The notes under the pieces were generated by a model that was not told the DNA's origin, did no database searches, and saw only the letters and a list, made by a program, of their open reading frames with translations. This document shows, piece after piece, positions 25,188 through 38,525 of a stretch of DNA of 64,000 bases. The stretch is taken from positions 4,433,602-4,497,601 of the forward strand of contig BFEA01000031.1 of the NCBI GenBank assembly GCA_003427395.1, read 5' to 3'. The first letter of the stretch is position 1. Every line of letters begins with the position of its first letter. The translations under genes were made by a program, and so were the position numbers. This DNA is from Chara braunii. Lineage: Eukaryota; Plantae; Charophyceae.

Positions 25188-27223
25188 TCAGCGGCCTGGA
25201 TCATGCCGATCCGTTTTGGCTCTTGAGTTTTCGAAGTCGATGGTTGGGTCTCGGCGGCTTTTGGCTGATCGTTTATGACCAGCTTTTTTGCCCTTTCGGT
25301 GTTTGTCAAACCGGCGTCGGTTTTTTATGCATCGCTCGATTAGTTTCTCATTGCCTGACTCAGAAATGGTCAGCAGGTAGGGGATGGGCACCGGGATGCG
25401 GAGATCCAAGGCCATCATGGCGTCCAGGACGTCGATCTGACTGTCCTTATACTCAGGACCAGGTGTCGCAAAGTCTTCGAACCCGGGTCTCCACGGCCCA
25501 AAATCGCTCTCCTCATTAATCTGTTGGACGTGTCTTATCACTCCAATGGTTCCGGGTTCAAGCATGACCGTCGTCATATATTCATCCATTCCTATTTCAT
25601 CCGCCGCGGGGGACACTATTTCCGTCGTTCCAGTGTCCATAACGGTGGCTACCCGACCATGTCCTGCAGCGGTAGGAGCACCTAACGGAATTTGTCTCGC
25701 GGATCCCCCTTGGGCCCGGGGCTTCGGACAATCTTTCGCTAAGTGACCCGATTGGTTAGAGTTGTAACACTGCATGGGCTGGATGGCCCGTGCAGCAGGG
25801 GCACGTGTGGCAGCGGAGCCAGCGACCATCAACGGAAAAATTTCCCAGAATTAAATAATCATTCTATAATAAAATTACAATCTAAATTTTAAATTTTCAT
25901 TCCATCTTAAAAAATGTCATTCCAATTTTAAAAATTTTCATCTTACTTGCAAACTTTCATTCCAAGAATAGGGTATCCCTTCTTATTTGGACTGCATGCT
26001 AGAGATGGAATGAAAGTCTGGATGAGTTTATGAAATATTTTAATTGTACTGTCATTCTAAGTAAGGATTTTCAGTCATAAATATGTTAATCCAATATAAA
26101 TTAGAAGATATTTGTTAGATTAGAATAAAAATTTAATTAAAACAATTTATAAACTCATCAAGACTTTCATTCCATCTTGAACAAATAGATGTAGTTGGAA
26201 GGGAAAACTAATATTTAGACGGGAACTGATCAAATAAAACTGAAAATTTTACAATTGGACGAACATTGGAATGATAATTTATAAATATGAAGGATTTGTT
26301 TTTTATGGAATGTTTTTTTAACTTTCATTTCTCCTGGGAATTTTTCTGTTGGTAGCCGCTCGCTGCCTCTGCAGGCTTTGCACGAACTCGGTTGAGGGTG
26401 TCACCGCCAAAACTAACTGTGCGGCGACCTCCTTCATGGATATATCGTCCGCGTCCTGTCCCCTTGGCGTAGGTTGAGAGCGCTTGGGGACCGGGGACGG
26501 CGGTGCCTTTCGGTCCATACCCTGCGTAGGTAGTCCTAACCCGGAACGCTCTTCGAACATCCGAGCCGCAGCCGAATAGTTGTTGTGTCGGACACCTCCA
26601 GGATCATCTTCATCTGATTAAGAATCCAGTCCCCCATCGTATTTCTCTTTACCGTACCTGATAGCATACTTCATTAGCTCCGTCAGGAAATTGTCGATGG
26701 GGTTGCATTTCTTGCGGATCTTTTTCCGCAAGTGAGAATCACACAAGCCTCTAACAAAGTCGGTTCGCACCATCTTTTCATCCGCCCCGGAGCGTTCGGC
26801 TAAGTAGGAAAACCGCTCGGCATATCTAGCTAAGGTCACACGGGGCTGCTGCGTGTATTCTTTTATTAAGCGCAGACACTGCCCTGGTGCAATATGGTCA
26901 AAACACCCCAGGAACAATCGCGAAAATTTTTCCTAATTGGTATAGGGATTTTGTCCATACCATTCGAAGGCGGTTCCCGCCAACCAACCTGGGATTCGTT
27001 CTCGGAGCAGCTGGTCCGACCACCCCTGAGCCTTCAGGGCGCCCAGCGACGTGCGTGGATCCGTTTCATCCTCGGTGAAGATTGGAACCTTCGAGGGCAG
27101 AGGGACCAAGTACAGAGGCGGGTTAGCCATATCCTCATGATTCGCCACCCCTTGTCCAGGTTCAGCCATGGTGCGAGGCCGGTTTTGACCCCGCTCCCTT
27201 GCTGCGTCCTGATTTCCGTTCAA
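25188..27223 (-). pseudogene. Gypsy gag (capsid-like region and CCHC knuckle), split by a MITE
   Basis: WLAGTAFEWY, YAERFSYLA, DFVRGL; CYNSNQSGHLAKDCP (degenerate CCHC). Confidence 0.85.
25830..26351. mobile_element. Second copy of the 522-bp MITE, same orientation
   Basis: Same length and TIRs as 24356-24877; flanks AT/GT fit a 2-bp TSD with one CpG-type transition; excision keeps the gag frame. Confidence 0.88.
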
Positions 27224-28484
27224 GGAGATGGATGGGGATGGGCCATTTGCGAAAGGGCTTTACATTGGGGGATGAAGCTCCGCTCGCACGTTTAGATGGT
27301 AGCTCTTTGATCACTCGTGGTGTTTTCTCGATTCATTTGAGTGTGACTAGGCAATTGCTCCTTCCAATATGCAGGCAGTCCAGGGAGTTCATTGGAGATT
27401 TAACTTCTTTTCCTGTGTAGGCCAAGCGTCATCCATTGGACAACACACCTTTTCACTAGGTGCAGCTATTCTAGACAGTTTCTACTACATCCTCGGGGTG
27501 CGGTGACGCCGCCCAACCCCTAGCCCCTACAATTTTTTTTTTTTGCTTAAAGCTTCGGCGTAGCATTCACATCATTCATGGGCGCCCTTAGTCTTTCAGG
27601 GCTTTGCATTGCACGCACACATCCATCATGCCAAATCACATCTGGTCATTCATCCTTTACCCAAGCATTCAACCCTCAAACCCTTCCCGCATTCATAGTT
27701 TAGGCTAAGTCCGAGTCTTTCCCTTGTCCTTTTTCCCACCCTTGCCCGCATTCCGCGGATCTAGTCCCGCTCGAACCTTCCCAAGCTACTCACCTGCGCA
27801 AGACCACACAAAGCAAGGACCAAGTACAATCCCTATTGGGGTCAACACATCGCCCCTTCCCACAAGTCTAAGTTGTCCTTTCTCTTCCAGTTCTCTTATG
27901 TGTTCCCTTTCCTTCCCCGCAAGCAAGCCATGCAACCACCGTAGTCATGCAGTCGGGGAAAATGGTTGAGTCAAACTGACCTTATCACAAGACCTTACTC
28001 CTTTCCGCTTTCCCAGACACTCACAAAAGTTCGGTACCTTTCCTTCTCAGTGGCACAAGGGACCGGCGACCCTCCCCTTGCCCTCGCTTTCCACCAAGTG
28101 AGGATCGAGTTCTTTTACCGTTCGTTTCCTGACAATGTAACAAGGGAGGGGGATAGTTAGTCATGTACCAAGGAGGGGAGGGGAGAGAGGGGTACAGGTT
28201 AGGTGCATAGGGAACGAAAGAAGAAGAGAGAGAGAGTGAGAGAGAGAGGAGGAGAAAGAGAGAGAGAAAGGGAGAGAAGGAGAGAGGGAGGGAAAGGGAG
28301 AGAGGAAGAGGGAGGGAAAGGGAGAGGAAGAGGGAGGGAAAAGGAAGAAGAGAGAGGGGGAGAAGGAGAGAGGGAGATACTTCTTCCGTCCTAACCGACT
28401 TCGCTCCTTGATCTATCCTAATCGACCCTACCTAAGGTCCCTCGCGCCCCTTGGGACCCCCTACGCCCTTTAAGCGGATGAGGG

Positions 28485-29535
28485 TGCTAGTGGCGGAAGA
28501 AGGTGTGAGGTGCTTGGTTATGGCGGGCGGGTGTAGGTGACGGAGGAGGAAGAAGGTGTGAGGTGGTTGGCTCTGGTGGATGGGTGTAGGTGGCGGAGGA
28601 GGATGGAGGTGTAAGGTGGTTGGCTATGATGGATGGGTGTAGCTGATGGTGGAGGAAGAAGGTGTGAGGTGGTTGGCTATGGTGGATGGGTGTGGGTGAC
28701 GGAGGAGGAAGAAGGTGTGAAGTGGTTGGCTATGGTGGGTGGGTGTAGGTGAAGGTGGAGGAAGAAGGTGTAAGGTGGCCGGCTATGTTGGATGGGTGTG
28801 GGTGATGGAGGAGGAAGAAGGTGTCAGGTGGCCGGCTATGTTGGATGGGTGTAGGTGAAGGAGGAGGAAGAAGGTTTGAGGTGGTTGGCTATTGGTGGGT
28901 GGGTGTAGGTGGATGAAGAAGGTGTAAGGTGTCCGGCTATGGTGGATGGGTGTGGGTGACGGAGGAGGAAGAAGGTGTGAGGTGGTTGGCTATGGTGGGT
29001 GGGTGTAGGTGAAGGAGGATGAAGAAGGTGTAAGGTGTTTGGCTATGGCGGATGGGTGTGGGTGACGGAGGAGGAAGAAGGTGTAAGGTGGTCGACTATG
29101 GTGGATGGGTGTAGGTGATGGAGGAGGGAGAAGGTGTGAGGTGGTCGGATATGGTGGATCGGTGCGGGTGATGGAGGAGGAAGAAGGTGTGAGGTGGTCG
29201 GCTATGGNNNNNNNNNNNNNNNNNNNNNNNNNNNNNNNNNNNNNNNNNNNNNNNNNNNNNNNNNNNNNNNNNNNNNNNNNNNNNNNNNNNNNNNNNNNNN
29301 NNNNNNNNNNNNNNNNNNNNNNNNNNNNNNNNNNNNNGATGGGTGTAGGTGATGGAGAAGGAAGAAGGTGTGAGGTGGTCGGCTATGGTGGATGGGTGCA
29401 CGTGATGGAGGAGGGAGAAGGTGTGAGGTGGTTGGCTATGGCGGATGGGTGCAAGTGATGGAGGAGGAAGAAGGTGTAAGGTGGTCAGTTATGGTGGATG
29501 GGTGTGGGTGATGGAGGGAAAGGAAGGTGTGAGGT
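28485..29535 (+). repeat. 53-bp G-rich minisatellite (contains an N gap)
   Basis: Unit ggaggaggaagaaggtgtgaggtggttggctatggtggatgggtgtgggtgac; period 53 (28701, 28754). Confidence 0.92.
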
Positions 29536-30609
29536 GTTTTAGGTTTTTTTTTTTTTTTTTTTGGACATCCGGACAAGGTGGATGGGTGCGGTGGAAGGGC
29601 GAGGGTGATGGTGAAGGGGTGGCGGAGTGCAAAGTGTCCTCGGCCCCACGTTGCCCCTTCCCCGAGTGATTGGGCTCGTTGCCCTCCGTACGCTCTAGTC
29701 CCGGAGCAAAACATAGTCCCCAAAGTACACAGTCTACAGTCAATATGCAGAAAAGACACAGTTGCAGTAGACACAGTTGGCTGGGAACCTGCAGAATCTC
29801 CAGATTTCGCTGGTTGCAGTAACTTACCGCTTTTGCTGGTTTTTTTGCCCAAGGTGAAAAATCGATGTGCTCATGCCTATGTTTTTCTGCCTCAAACGTC
29901 ATCAGAATCACACAAAACTTGGTGGGCTGTCTCACTGTATCACAGGGAAGACCCTCACAAAATTTTGTGTCATTCCGACACCGTTTAGGCCAAGTTGCCC
30001 GTTTGGGGCGTTCGCCGACTTGCGGGTGAACAGTTCCGAGGAAGTCCGTTTTCTTATTTTTTCAGAAAACGGACTCTGATGGTCTGCTGGGTCTGCAGGC
30101 CATCTGTTTATACTCAGAACATGAGGTCTGAGAATTCTCAGACCTCATTCCCAAGTTTTCGCAGCGCTGTTGCCGACGTGCCGTCGTCCACATTCCGCCT
30201 GTTTGCGTTTCCCGCGCAGTCCTTGCATCGGTGGTGGTTACTCTATCTCTTCCCTGGGCCAGCAGTCTGTCAAGGATTGCAGACCTACAGCTAACAGTAA
30301 AAAAAAACACAGCAACATCTCAAACTGCCGGAAAACAGCAACCCATCAAACCTCCCAATTACCGCGTTCGAATAGAACACGGGGGGAGGGGACGTGAGGA
30401 CATGCAGTACCAAGCCTAGAACGTGAAGGGGAGAAATCAGCGTTTTGTCGGAGGGTGAGAGACAGACAATGCAGACCTCCTACACTCCTAGACCACTATA
30501 CCACACAAGTATTGAAGTTGCATCACGTCCAAGTGAAGAATCAGGCAAAGGAAGAATCACGGAGGAGGGGAACACACGCACAGGCTCACGTACCAAAGGA
30601 GGAAAGTTG

Positions 30610-33600
30610 CGCTACATATGGGGAAGGAAGAACATTCAAAACAAGCACTTTGCAATAATCACTCACTGCACAACACTGAGATTGAAGCTGCGATTCACAC
30701 CCAAGTAGATAAACAAGTTAAAAAGTGACGAAGGGGAGAGAACTACACTCTCATAGGCTCACAATCACAAGGGGGAAAGTTGCGCTACATGTGGGGAAGG
30801 GAGAACAACCAAAACAAACACTTTGCAGTACTCATACGTCCCACAATACAAATATTGAAGTTGCGATTCACACCCAAGTAGCCAAACAAGCAAAAAGTGA
30901 CGAGCGGGAGGGAACTATACTCACATAGGCTCACAATCACAAGGGGGAAACTTGCGCTACACATGGGGAAAGAAGAACAATTAAAACAAGCACTTTGCAC
31001 TACTCACACACTCCACAACACAAAGATTGAAGTTGTGATTCACACCCAAGTAGCAAAACAAGTTGAGCACAAAGAATATGACGGAAATTCACAAGTTTGA
31101 GCTCACATACACTAGGGAGAGAGTTGCGATTCACATGGGAGTGAAAAAATGAACAAAACATGCACTTCACAACACTCAAATACGAGTTGGCGTCAACATA
31201 GGAGTTGCGCTTCACACCCAAGTAGAAAAACAAGTAGAATCATGAAGAATACGAGAGAAAATCACAAGTTTGAGCTCACACACACTANNNNNNNNNNNNN
31301 NNNNNNNNNNNNNNNNNNNNNNNNNNNNNNNNNNNNNNNNNNNNNNNNNNNNNNNNNNNNNNNNNNNNNNNNNNNNNNNNNNNNNNNNNNNNNNNNNNNN
31401 NNNNNNNNNNNNNNNNNNNNNNNNNNNNNNNNNNNNNNNNNNNNNNNNNNNNNTTCACACCCAAGTAGAAAAACAAGTAGAATCATGAAGAAAATGAGAG
31501 AAAATCACAAGTTTAAGCTCACATACACCAGGGAGAGAGTTGCGATTTACATGGGAGTAAAAAAATACACAAAACATTTACTTCACATCACTCAAACTCT
31601 ACTTGACATCAACAAAGGAGTTGTGATTCACACCCAAGTAGAAAAACAAGTAGAATCACGAAGAATATGAGAGAAAATCACAAGTTAGAGTTCACATATA
31701 CCAAGAAGAGAGTTGTGATTCACTTGGGACTGAACAAATGGATAAAACATGCACTTCACAACACTCAAACACTAGTTGGCCTCAACATAGGAGTTGCGCA
31801 TCAAACCCAAGTAGAGAAACAAGTAGAATCATGAAGAATGTGAGAGAAAATCACAACTTTGAGTTCACACACACTTGGGAGAGATTTGTGATTCACATGG
31901 GAGTGAAGAAATACACAAAACATGCACTTTACATCACTCTAACACAAGTTGACATCAACATAGAAATTGCGCTTCACACCCAAGTACAAAAACAAGTAGA
32001 ATCATGAAGACAATGAGAGAAAATAACAAGTTGGCGCTCACATACATCATGGAAAGAGTTGCGATTCACGTGGGAGTGGAGAAATAGACAAAACATGCAC
32101 TTCACATCACTCAAACACTACTTGAAATCAACATAGGAGTTGCGATTCACACCTTTAAGTTAGCAGAAAAACAAGTAGAATCACGAAGAAAATTAGGGAA
32201 AATCACAAGTTTGAGCTAACATACATTAGGGAGAGAGTTGCGATTCACATGAGAGAGAAGAAATGGACAAAACATGCACTTTACATCATTCTAACACTAG
32301 TTGACATCAACATAGAAGTTGCGCTTCACACCCAAGTACAAAAAATAAGTAGAATCATGAAGAAAATGAGAGAAAATCACAAGTTTGAGCTCACATAAAC
32401 TAGGGAGAGAGTTGCGATTCACATGGGAGTGAAGAAATAGACAAAACATGCACTTTACATCACTCTAATACTAGTTGACATCAACATAGAAGTTGTGCTT
32501 CAGNNNNNNNNNNNNNNNNNNNNATGAGAGAAAATCACAAGTTTGAACTCACATACACTAGGGAGGGAGTTGCGATTCACATGGGAGTGAAGAAATAGAC
32601 AAAACATGCACTTTACATTACTTTAACACTAGTTGACATTAACATAAAAGTTGCGCTTCACACCCAAGTAGAGAAACAAGCAGAATCATGAAGGAAATGA
32701 GAGAAAATCACAAGTTTGAGATCACATACACTAGGGAGAGAGTTGCGATTCACATGGGAGTGAAGAAATAGATAAAACATACATTTTACATCACTCAAAC
32801 ACTACTTGACATCAACATATGAGTTACGATTCACACCCTAGTAGAAAAAAACAAGTAGAATCACGAAGGAAATGAGATAAAATCACAAGTTTGAGCTCAC
32901 ATACACTAGGGAGAGAGTTGCGATTCACATAGGAGTGAAGAAATGGACAAAACATGCACTTCACAACACTCAAGCACTAGTTGACATTTACATAGGAGTT
33001 GCGCTTCACACCCAAGTAGAGAAACAAGTACAATCATGAAGAATATGAGAAAAAATCACAAGTTTTAGCTCACAAACAATAAGGAGAGAGTTGCGATTCA
33101 CATGGGAGTGAAGAAATGAGCAAAACATGCACTTCACAACACTCAAACACTGGTTGACATCAACATAGGAGCTCCGCTTTACACCCAAGTAGAGAAACTA
33201 GTAGAATCATGGAGAATATGAGAGAAAATCACAAGGTTGAGCTCACACATACTAGGGAGAGAGTTGCGATTCACATGGGAGTGAAGAAATGGACAAAACA
33301 TGCACTTCACAACACTCAAACACTAGTTGACATCAACATAGAAGTTGCGCTTCACACCCAAGTAGAGAAACAAGTAGAATCGTGAAGAATGTGAGAGAAA
33401 ATCACAAGTTTGAGTTCACACAAACTAGGGAGAGAGTTGCGATTCACATGGGAGTGAAGGAATGGACAAAACATGCACTTCATAACACTGAAACACTAGT
33501 TGACATCAACATAGGTGTTGAGTTTCACAGCCAAGTACAAAAACAAGTAGAATCATGAAGAATATGAGAGAAAATCACAAGTTTGAGCTCACACACACAA

Positions 33601-33775
33601 GAGAGAGAGTTGTGATTCACATGAGAGTGAAGAAATAGACAAAACATGCACTTTACATCACTCTAACACTAGTTGACATCAACATAGAAGTTGCGCTTCA
33701 CACCCAAGTAGAAAAACAAGTAGAATCATGAAGAAAATGAGAAAAAATCACAAGTTTGAGCTCACATAAACTAGG
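30610..33775. repeat. 173-bp satellite-like array inside the LTR (about 18 units including N gaps)
   Basis: CACACCCAAG register at 33007, 33180 and 33353. Confidence 0.92.
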
Positions 33776-34408
33776 GAGAGAGAAAGGAGGAAGATGGGGA
33801 GAAAGGGGAGAGGAGGACGAGGGAAAGGAAGGAAGAGAGGAAGGGGAAGAAGATGGAGATGAAGAGGAAGAAAAAGAGGAAGGAGAAAAGGAGGAAGAAG
33901 GAGAAGGGGAAGGAGAAAAAGATAAAGAAGAAGTAGAAGAAGAAGAAGAAGAGGAAGGGGAGTGGGAGAGGGGGAAGTAGAAAAAGGAGAAGAATGGGGG
34001 ATGTCTCTTCACTCACCCCTTGGATGTCTTCCACTCTCAACGAAACTTCCTTCCTCTTGGCTATGACTCCCTTCTTCTTCAAGCCTCTCTCCTTCCTCTC
34101 TCTTCTCCTCCAAGTTGTAACGGGCTCCTGTCACTAAGGCTAGGGAGTCCTCCCCTCTAGGAGGGCTAATGAGACCCCTCTTAGCCTTGTCTCCTTCTCC
34201 ACTAGCCTGGGAGCTATGGCAGATAACCCTCCTCACTACCACTAGCCGGTTGAGTCTCTCCTCACTAGCTCGCAGCGTCCTCCACACTCTCAAATTGGTA
34301 GGGGTTCCCCTCACTACTCTTAGAATGCCTCTAGAGTTCTCACGGGCTCATTTGGGCAGCATGGACACTCCTCATGCAAGTGTGAGTGTGGCGGACTGAA
34401 TCCCCAGC

Positions 34409-34415
34409 TTATATA
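34409..34415 (-). promoter_or_regulatory. Candidate LTR TATA box (TATATAA)
   Basis: Conserved in both G2 copies (also 62144-62150), in GC-rich context in the LTR sense orientation. Confidence 0.6.
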
Positions 34416-35236
34416 GGCTGGGGACAGCACTCCGGCCAGCCCATGGGTCTCCCCAAGGTGCCCCACAGTGAACCGAGGTACCCCCTTGGCCAAATTTTCC
34501 CTTTAGGCCTCTCCGGGGGCACCTGGGCCTCTTTTTGGCTAGGTACATGCAGTCCGAGAGGCTGGTACCAACTCGGCCTACCCCTTGGGCTTTTTTCCAG
34601 CCTCCTACCTCTTGGAAAAAACTGCCCTCTTGAATCCAAGGTCCAAGGGGTAACCCACTTGGAAGAAAAAAACCTAGTGGACATTTTTCTCGATTTTTTC
34701 AAGTTTCGGCCTCCTTTGGGTAGGCCGGACCATTTTCCCAAGTGGCGGCACATTTTCAGCCTTGGATCAGGCTGAAATCCAAGGCCACCAATATTCAAAG
34801 CTACCCTATGGTGGTTCTTGGTTCAATTTTGAGCCTATAGGCTCAATTTTTCAATTTTTGGTGCATCTGGACCTCTTTTTGGACCAAATGCACTGTTTCG
34901 TATTTTTCTTCTTCTTTGTTTCTTTCCTTTTTGGGGTGCCACCTCATTCCGGATCTAGTCGTTTTGTGCTGGCCCATAAAAAACGGTTGTTTTCTCTCCA
35001 CCATGAGATCTGATGTCAGATCCATGGTTCAAAAGAAAACCGGATTCTCTCCTTTATGCATTTTCTCTTATTTTTGCCTTTTTAATTCAGATTTTATTGA
35101 GAACAATCCGGCCTACTCCCCTTGGGTGTTGGAGAAGTGAAATCATCATTGGGACCTGGCAGTCCCTACCACAGCCATCCCAATGGGCCGGCACACTCTC
35201 CTCCACCCATTTCTCCTATTTTGTCTCATTCTCCCT

Positions 35237-35277
<41 letters not shown>

Positions 35278-36554
35278 GACATGTGTCAAGTTGCTGTGCA
35301 CCCTTTTTCTAGGTCTTAGAACCTTAATTGAGGCCAGGTTTATGGCCGGCTGTTGGCCGTTACACCCCGGCCTGCCAAGGTGGCATGCCCTTGCTCCTAG
35401 GGAGCCAATTATTATCCCCTTAGCCTTCATTTTGAGCCCCTTTGGCTCCAATTTTTCTTGGTTAGCCTATTTCTTGATTGGAGCCCCTTAAGCTCTTGTT
35501 TTCTTAGGCCTAGCTTGTCCAAAATACCCCGGACTGCTGGGCAACCCTCCCCTTATTATTTTATTTTTTTTGCCCCTCACTGTCGTTTTTCATCCGTTTA
35601 AGTCCCGCTAGTGTTTGCACTAATGGTGCTAATATTTTCCACCGTCTAGATCCTCGATCTTGGCGGTGCCGTTTGCTTCTTACGACCATTTCCTACCGTG
35701 GCTAGTGGTTTCCCCCTCGGGATATCTCAAGTCCCCGCCGCTTCCTGCACTAGTTCTATTTTTCCGTTCCGCCGGCGGCGCCGTCGATAAAGCCCTATTC
35801 CCAACAATTTTCATTTGGGTCCATTTGGCCCCCGGTGTCATCCCGGTTGACGCCCAATTTTTATTCGGGACTTCCTATGTCCCCGACAGTCCTGTTTTAT
35901 TCTTTTTCGTGCGCCTCAAGTGCCGTCGATAATTTTCCGGCCGCAGGACCCCCGTCGTGTCGTCGTCGTTTTACAGTCGCACTCCCCTAGGCCCGCTGTG
36001 CCGTTTTCTAGTTTTTCGGGCATGCCACGGCCCGTTTTTCCTTGGCTCGGACATCCTTTATATAGTCCTTTATTTCTTGGACTTCATCCACAACCATTTT
36101 GCTAGCCCCACAGTCCGATGTCATGCCCCATGCCTATGGAAAATAAAACGTTAATTACCCCAAGGCAACCGGGCTCAATTTTGGCTCTCGGAGTCCAAAA
36201 ACCTTATGTTTGCCCCTCCTTATGCAGTCCGTTACATCTCGGACTGCACTAGGGGCGGTTTTCCTTGCCTCAATCTCCCACAACTAACCCCCTACCAAAA
36301 GAAAATCAAGCGGTCAATTTCCAAGTGCATTCGATCTCAATTTTGACTTTCGGTGCACTGAAGACTTGTTTTTGGCCTCCCCCATGCAATCCGTTATTTT
36401 TCGGTTGCAAGGGGCCTTGATTTTTTTTTAATTTTCTCTGCATAAATCAAAAAAAATAAAGGTCTTTTGTAACCGCCATATTGCTAAAATGAATCTGGTC
36501 CAAAATCTCTACCCTAGGTGGCCGTTTTCGTCCATTAGTGCCCTTTTGACTTTT

Positions 36555-36657
<103 letters not shown>

Positions 36658-37479
36658 TTTTTTTTCTTTTTTTTTCTTTTTCCTCCACTTGTGGACAGTT
36701 GGGACTTGGCAGTCCCTACTCGTTGCAGTCCGAACTGACGGCCAACTCACTTATCCTCTCTCACCTCTCATTTTTTTTTATTTTTTTTTTCTTTATGCAT
36801 GCCAAGTGCCAACAAGCTGTTAAGGCCCTTTTCTCAATTTTCTTTTCTTTTCTTTCCTTTTTCCTCCTTCCTTGGACAGTTGGGACTTGGCAGTCCCTTT
36901 TGACGGCCACCTCACTCATCCCCTCTCACCTCCTTGTCTTATTCTCTTTTTTTTTTTTTTTTTTTTTTGCATGTCCAGTGATAACTAGCCGTTAAGGCCC
37001 TTTTGTTGTCTTGTTTTCTTAGTTTTGGCCCTTCCTATGCCCAAGGGTCAGTCCGTTATTTTTTGGACTGCAGTTGTGGCCCTCCCATGCCCTTGGGAGC
37101 CACCGTTAACCCTTCTCTCTCCCAAACGGTAGGCCCCCATGCACCGATTTTTCCCAGGGAGCCTATTTTTCTCATATTGGCCCTTTTGGCCCCATTTTCT
37201 TGGGGGAGGCTAATCCGGGATTTTTCGGATTGCTCCCATGCCTCCAAGTACCTATTTTCTTTACTTTTTATTTTTCTTTTGGCCTTCCCACTTGCTCTCA
37301 CTAGTGCTTGCACTAGTGGTGCTAATAATTTTGCCCGTCAAGATCTTCGATCTTGACGGTGCAACTTGCTCTATAATTTTTTTTTTTTTTGCACCACGTG
37401 CCGTACCGCAAGTTTTCCTTGGGACGTCACAGGTCCCCGCCACTTGTCCCGCACTAGTCCCCGACACGAGTCTCTGACA

Positions 37480-37865
37480 CTAGTCCCGCCGGTACTTGTC
37501 CAGCCGGTACCGCATTTTACGCCTAGCCCCACGTAGTCCTCCGCACTTGTCCCACTGGTACCGCACTTTCTCTCGGTCTTACGCGGTTCCCGTCACTTTG
37601 TCCCGTCAGTACCGTATTTTCTTTTCGTCTCACGCGGTCCCCGACACTTTGTCCCGCCGGTACCGCATCTTCTTTTAGTCTCACGTGGTCCCTGACACTT
37701 TGTCCCGCCGGTACTGTATTTTCTCTTCGCCTCACGCGGTCCCCGACACTTTGTCCCGCCGGTACCGCATTTTCTCTTGGTCTCACGTGGTCCCCGACAC
37801 TTTGTCCCGCCGGTACGGCATCTTCTCTTGGTCTCACGCGGTCCCCGACACTTTGTCCCGCCGTT
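37480..37865. repeat. 51-bp tandem repeat inside the LTR
   Basis: Unit gcggtccccgacactttgtcccgccggtaccgcatcttctcttggtctcac; counterpart at 58695-59150. Confidence 0.9.
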
Positions 37866-38366
37866 GGCCTCCCCCGACATCCTCGTCATTTTCCCACCTT
37901 ATGGCGGCCTCCCTCCCTTGTCCTTCTTGCGTCCCTTGCATCGTCTTCCCCGGGCGTGAGTCCTCACTCAGCCCATGGCCCCCTTGCCGCTGCGTCCTGG
38001 TGGCTGCCTGGCCTGACTTCATCCTCTCGCGTCGGTGCCTTGCATACTATTTCTCCCTCTCCCTCGCTTCTTTTCTCTCTTTGCGGCACGCCTCCTACGT
38101 CATTACCTTTTCCGACGGTCCTTCTCTATTTCGGGGAAGGGTCGCCTTAGCTGTTTTCTCACGGTCCTTTGTCACTCCCTGTTCTATAAGTTTCTTCTTA
38201 GTTCAATAGTCCTAACAACTTTGGGCACCCCCTAGATCCTCAACGCTCATGCCTATGCCTTACTCCTTCCGTCCTTCTTGCCTCCGGTTTTCTCTGTCGT
38301 GCACTAATTAGCCGTATACAACCTCTCGAGTGATGAGAAGTTATTCGTGACTCACCAGTCCCGACA

Positions 38367-38380
38367 TATTCCCCCCACTC
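38367..38380 (-). other. Polypurine tract
   Basis: GAGTGGGGGGAATA directly before TGTCGGGAC on minus. Confidence 0.8.
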
Positions 38381-38525
38381 ATTCGCGATGTCCTCATCGT
38401 GCACCCGTCCATAGTCAGTAGAGGTTCGGAAATGCGGACAAGGGGAAAGGAGGGGCGGGGTAAGACAGATAATTAGCTTGCTAAGGTTCGTTTTTTTCTT
38501 TTACCGTTCCTTTCTCAAGTTTTTT

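Larger units (their letters stand above)
11950..28480 (-). mobile_element. Ty3/gypsy LTR retrotransposon (gag-PR-RT-RH-INT plus extra 3' ORFs), decayed, with nested insertions; 5' LTR not seen
   Basis: Domain order on minus strand is gag, CCHC, protease, RT, RNase H, integrase, then PPT and LTR-like sequence. Confidence 0.9.
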
